A stretch of 64,000 bases of DNA, from the NCBI RefSeq assembly GCF_006345805.1, contig NC_043011.1:66972464-67036463 (forward strand), written 5' to 3'. The position numbers and the translations under genes are program-made. The notes under the pieces are model-generated. The model saw nothing but the letters and a program-made list of their open reading frames with translations, ran no database searches and was not told where the DNA came from. This stretch comes from Octopus sinensis (taxonomy: Eukaryota). Positions 61,009 to 64,000 of the stretch are shown here, in pieces (within the stretch, counting starts at the first letter, position 1; every line of letters starts with the position of its first letter).

Positions 61009-61631
61009 AAGTAATATGTACCTTTGTAATTTATTAGGCCTGTAATACTAATAATCCCTTGTTAGAATAATTTATATGCTTTAAAATAAAAATTTAAGCA
61101 AGTACAGAGCGTAGTGTTTATTACTAAATGACAAGGAAATTAGAATTACAAATGAAATTAATTATCTTAAAGCTACCTCTGCGATAATGAGCAGTCTATA
61201 GAGAACTGAGAGCCTATGCGGCATATTCTAGCTTCCTGAAGGTCATCGAAATGAAGTACATATTTATTTCGTAGAGTATATAGATGCTTAGAACTAAATA
61301 AATTAGGATAGGAAATTCGTTAGAAGTAATAAGAAAGTATTTAAATATTGACAATAATATATATGGGGAAAATGTATGCAAAGAACATTGTTAGTAAAGT
61401 GCGTAAAAACGGTAAAACCATAGATGAAAATATATAAAAAGATATACCTGCAGAAATCATAATTCGATTGTAATTGTCGAAAAGATATGTTGCTCTCAGG
61501 ACAAAGCACATCTGCCAAATAGGTGCAGTCACGTGACACTGCCACACCTGAAGATAGTAAATATTTTTGTAAACCGTTGTAAGCATTTTTGTTTTTAGAT
61601 GGAAGTGACAAATGATAGAAATTATAAAATA

Positions 61632-61782
61632 TGGCTGTGTGTTAAGAAGTCTGCTTCCCAACCACTCGGTTTAGCTTCAGTCCCACTGCATGTTAGCTTG
61701 GGTAACCGTCTTCGACCCTACCCTCGGGTTACCAAAATCTTGTAAGTGGTTTTGGTTAACGGAAAGCGAAAGAAACTCATAG

Positions 61783-61819
<37 letters not shown>

Positions 61820-62046
61820 CTGCGCCTGGGCGCCTTCCTGCCGGTGTTTCTCCCCCATCATCTTTTAACAACCGGTGTTGGTGTACTTACTTGTCAGTAA
61901 CTCAGCGGTTCAGCAAATAAGATCGATAAAAGAAGTACCAAGCTTGAATATAAGAAGTAACTGGGGTCGATTTGTTCGACTAACATTAACAGCGGTGCCC
62001 CAGTCTGGTCACATTCTAATGGATGAAGAATGTGAAAGATAAAAGG
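61632..62046 (+). mobile_element. Octopus-type SINE, more decayed
   Basis: TGGCTGTGTGTTAAGAAG head, TCAGTCCCACTGC, TG tract and GGGGTCGATTTGTTCGAC. Confidence 0.8.
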
Positions 62047-62069
62047 AAAAATATTTTAGCCTCTAAGTA

Positions 62070-63506
62070 TTTGGTCATCCCATAAATAATACGGTTCCTT
62101 CAATTGCATAAACTAAAAGTCGGAGGTGGAACGGGATAAACTACCTGCGTCAACTTGCTATAAAAGCAGGAAGTAATTTTACCTTGTACTTATTCTTAGT
62201 GTAAGTTTTGAAGAGTGCAGTTCAATTTTAACAGGTATTTTTTCAAACCTCTAATGGAAGTGACAAATTAGTATATTCAGTATATTTTGCTTTATGAGTT
62301 CAATAATGGCAACAACGCAACGGAAAGTGCGAGGAATATTAATGCCGTATATGGGGATCGGACAATAAGCATAAGCATGTGTCAACGGTGGATCAAGAAA
62401 TTCCGAGCCAAAAACTACAGCCTACCAAATGACTCTCAACCTAGAAGATCTGTAGAGCTCGACGAAGACATCCTGAAAAACCTGGTGTAACAAAATCCCA
62501 TTGAAGAACTAGCATAGAAGCTTGGATTTGGTCATTCAAATATTCATCGACACCTACGTGCCATCGAAAAAGTTACAAACTGCCCGCGTCACGAATGAAC
62601 AGTTTTTTTAATCGAATAGTACCTGTTGACGAAAAATGGGTTCTCTGTAAAATGTTGAGCTGGAGACAGGGTCGGGAAAGGAGAAACACCGGCAACCCAG
62701 GCTGAAGAAGGTCTTCACCCACGTAAGGTGTTGTTATCTGTTTGATACAATGTGACATTTTTAGTCCACTTTGAACTTATGATAAGAAAGGAGATCTACT
62801 CCGAGCAGCTTGAGAGGTCTAAGTCAGCGCTATAAGGAAAATGACCGTCTTTCAAGACGAAAATTGATCTTTCAACAGGATAATGCTCGGCCACATTCAG
62901 CTAGGATGACATTCCAAAGGCTGGTGCAGTTTGAATGGGAAACGATACCCCACCCACCGTATTCGCCGAACGTTGGTCTATCTGAATATCATTTATTCCG
63001 CAATCTTCAAAATGAATTGGACTGAAAAATATGAATTCTGTAGACGAAGTCAGTAGAGTAAAGGAGGATTATTTTCCGTCACGGACAAATGAATTTTGGA
63101 AGAGGGTCCCTTGCAATTGTGCCAGATATGTGGAAGAGCATTGTAGAATATTGAAAGAGAATATATTTTAGTTCGTTTTTGGATTTGGCTTGCAAGATTC
63201 TTTATGAGTTCGTGTGTTGAAGCATATTTTTTGTGTTTGGGGAGAGTCATTTTCTTTTTGTGCCTTAATATGTAACACACTCACCGGTAAAATTTGTTGC
63301 AAGACGCAACGAAAATTTTAGGAAAATAAAAATAAGAAAAAAGTGGAAATTTTACCGGTGAGTGTGTTACATTATAAGGCGCAAAAAGAAAATGACTGTC
63401 CCCAGACACAACAGTATATATTTTAGTTTGCAAAAAGAATTTGTTTCTCTTAATCTTGAAAAATACAAGCAGTATGGAGAAATACATCATTAACGGGATG
63501 ACCCGA
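62070..63506 (+). mobile_element. Decayed mariner; probable right TIR displaced by a foldback insertion
   Basis: Left TIR TA+TTTGGTCATCCCATAAATAAT; LYEFNNGNNATESARNIN, VPVDEKW, QQDNARPH...PHPPYSP; weak right TIR TTAACGGGATGACCCGA+TA. Confidence 0.8.
63222..63420. repeat. Foldback, MITE-like (~75-bp arms)
   Basis: GTCATTTTCTTTTTGTGCCTT..ATGTAACACACTCACCGGTAAAATTT mirrored by AAATTTTACCGGTGAGTGTGTTACAT..AAGGCGCAAAAAGAAAATGAC. Confidence 0.9.
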
Positions 63507-64000
63507 TATATTATGGAGAAGTTATTATGTGACAAAGTCAGAAATAAAAGTTTACTTGATTTTCTTTGTTGTATACAAATTACATACAACATAGAGACAT
63601 TTTATTGGCTGGATGTGCATTGTTAATGTAAAAAAATGATGGAGTCAAATAAACCAGATTGTGTTGCAAAATCAATTGATTCGCTACGTTGATAGCGATC
63701 TTGAAAGTAGTATTTGTAATTTTATGGGATTACTCAATGCAAAGACAGCAGCTTCTAAATTTCAAAGACGATATTTGTGAAAAAAAAGTGCTTGTTCCTT
63801 TAATTTAAGTAATTTCCAGTTTGGTATTCGGAAATAATTAGCATGACTGCATTTCGCCTTAATCTTTGAAATATTTTGTTAGGTAAGCAGTAAACTTTAT
63901 CTTCACGTCCCACACTTCCGGTTTGTTGTTTTGAACTTAAGTTTTAGATGAACACCCTTTTGAAGTGTAATGAATTCATTCTCCAAATTTTCATATTCCG

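Overview
AT-rich, microsatellite-dense eukaryotic DNA, apparently intergenic or intronic. The repeat repertoire (tRNA-derived SINEs with TA/TG middle tracts, mariner/Tc1/DD37D transposons, RTE, CR1, R4/Dong-like LINEs, Penelope, Helitron) looks like an octopod cephalopod genome; this is an inference from recalled repeat families, with no search run. I found no intact host gene, rRNA, true tRNA or CRISPR array. Most entries in the ORF track are microsatellite read-throughs or transposon shadows. Two things are not explained by that track. (1) A set of type I hammerhead ribozymes (HHRs) from Penelope-like element pseudo-LTRs, in several sequence families. It includes a spacer-less perfect 316-bp palindrome with an HHR on each strand (15849-16164), HHRs with unusually long stem II insertions, and a CCGAAGA (U4C) core variant. 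(2) About six co-oriented, deeply diverged, decayed copies of a ~1.7-2 kb apparently protein-coding, hydrophobic unit spread across the window, suggesting a fossil tandem gene cluster. There are also low-confidence minus-strand exon candidates (15.5-20.8 kb), an RFX X-box motif cluster (27.3-27.4 kb) and many foldback hairpins. All alignments and folds were done by eye.
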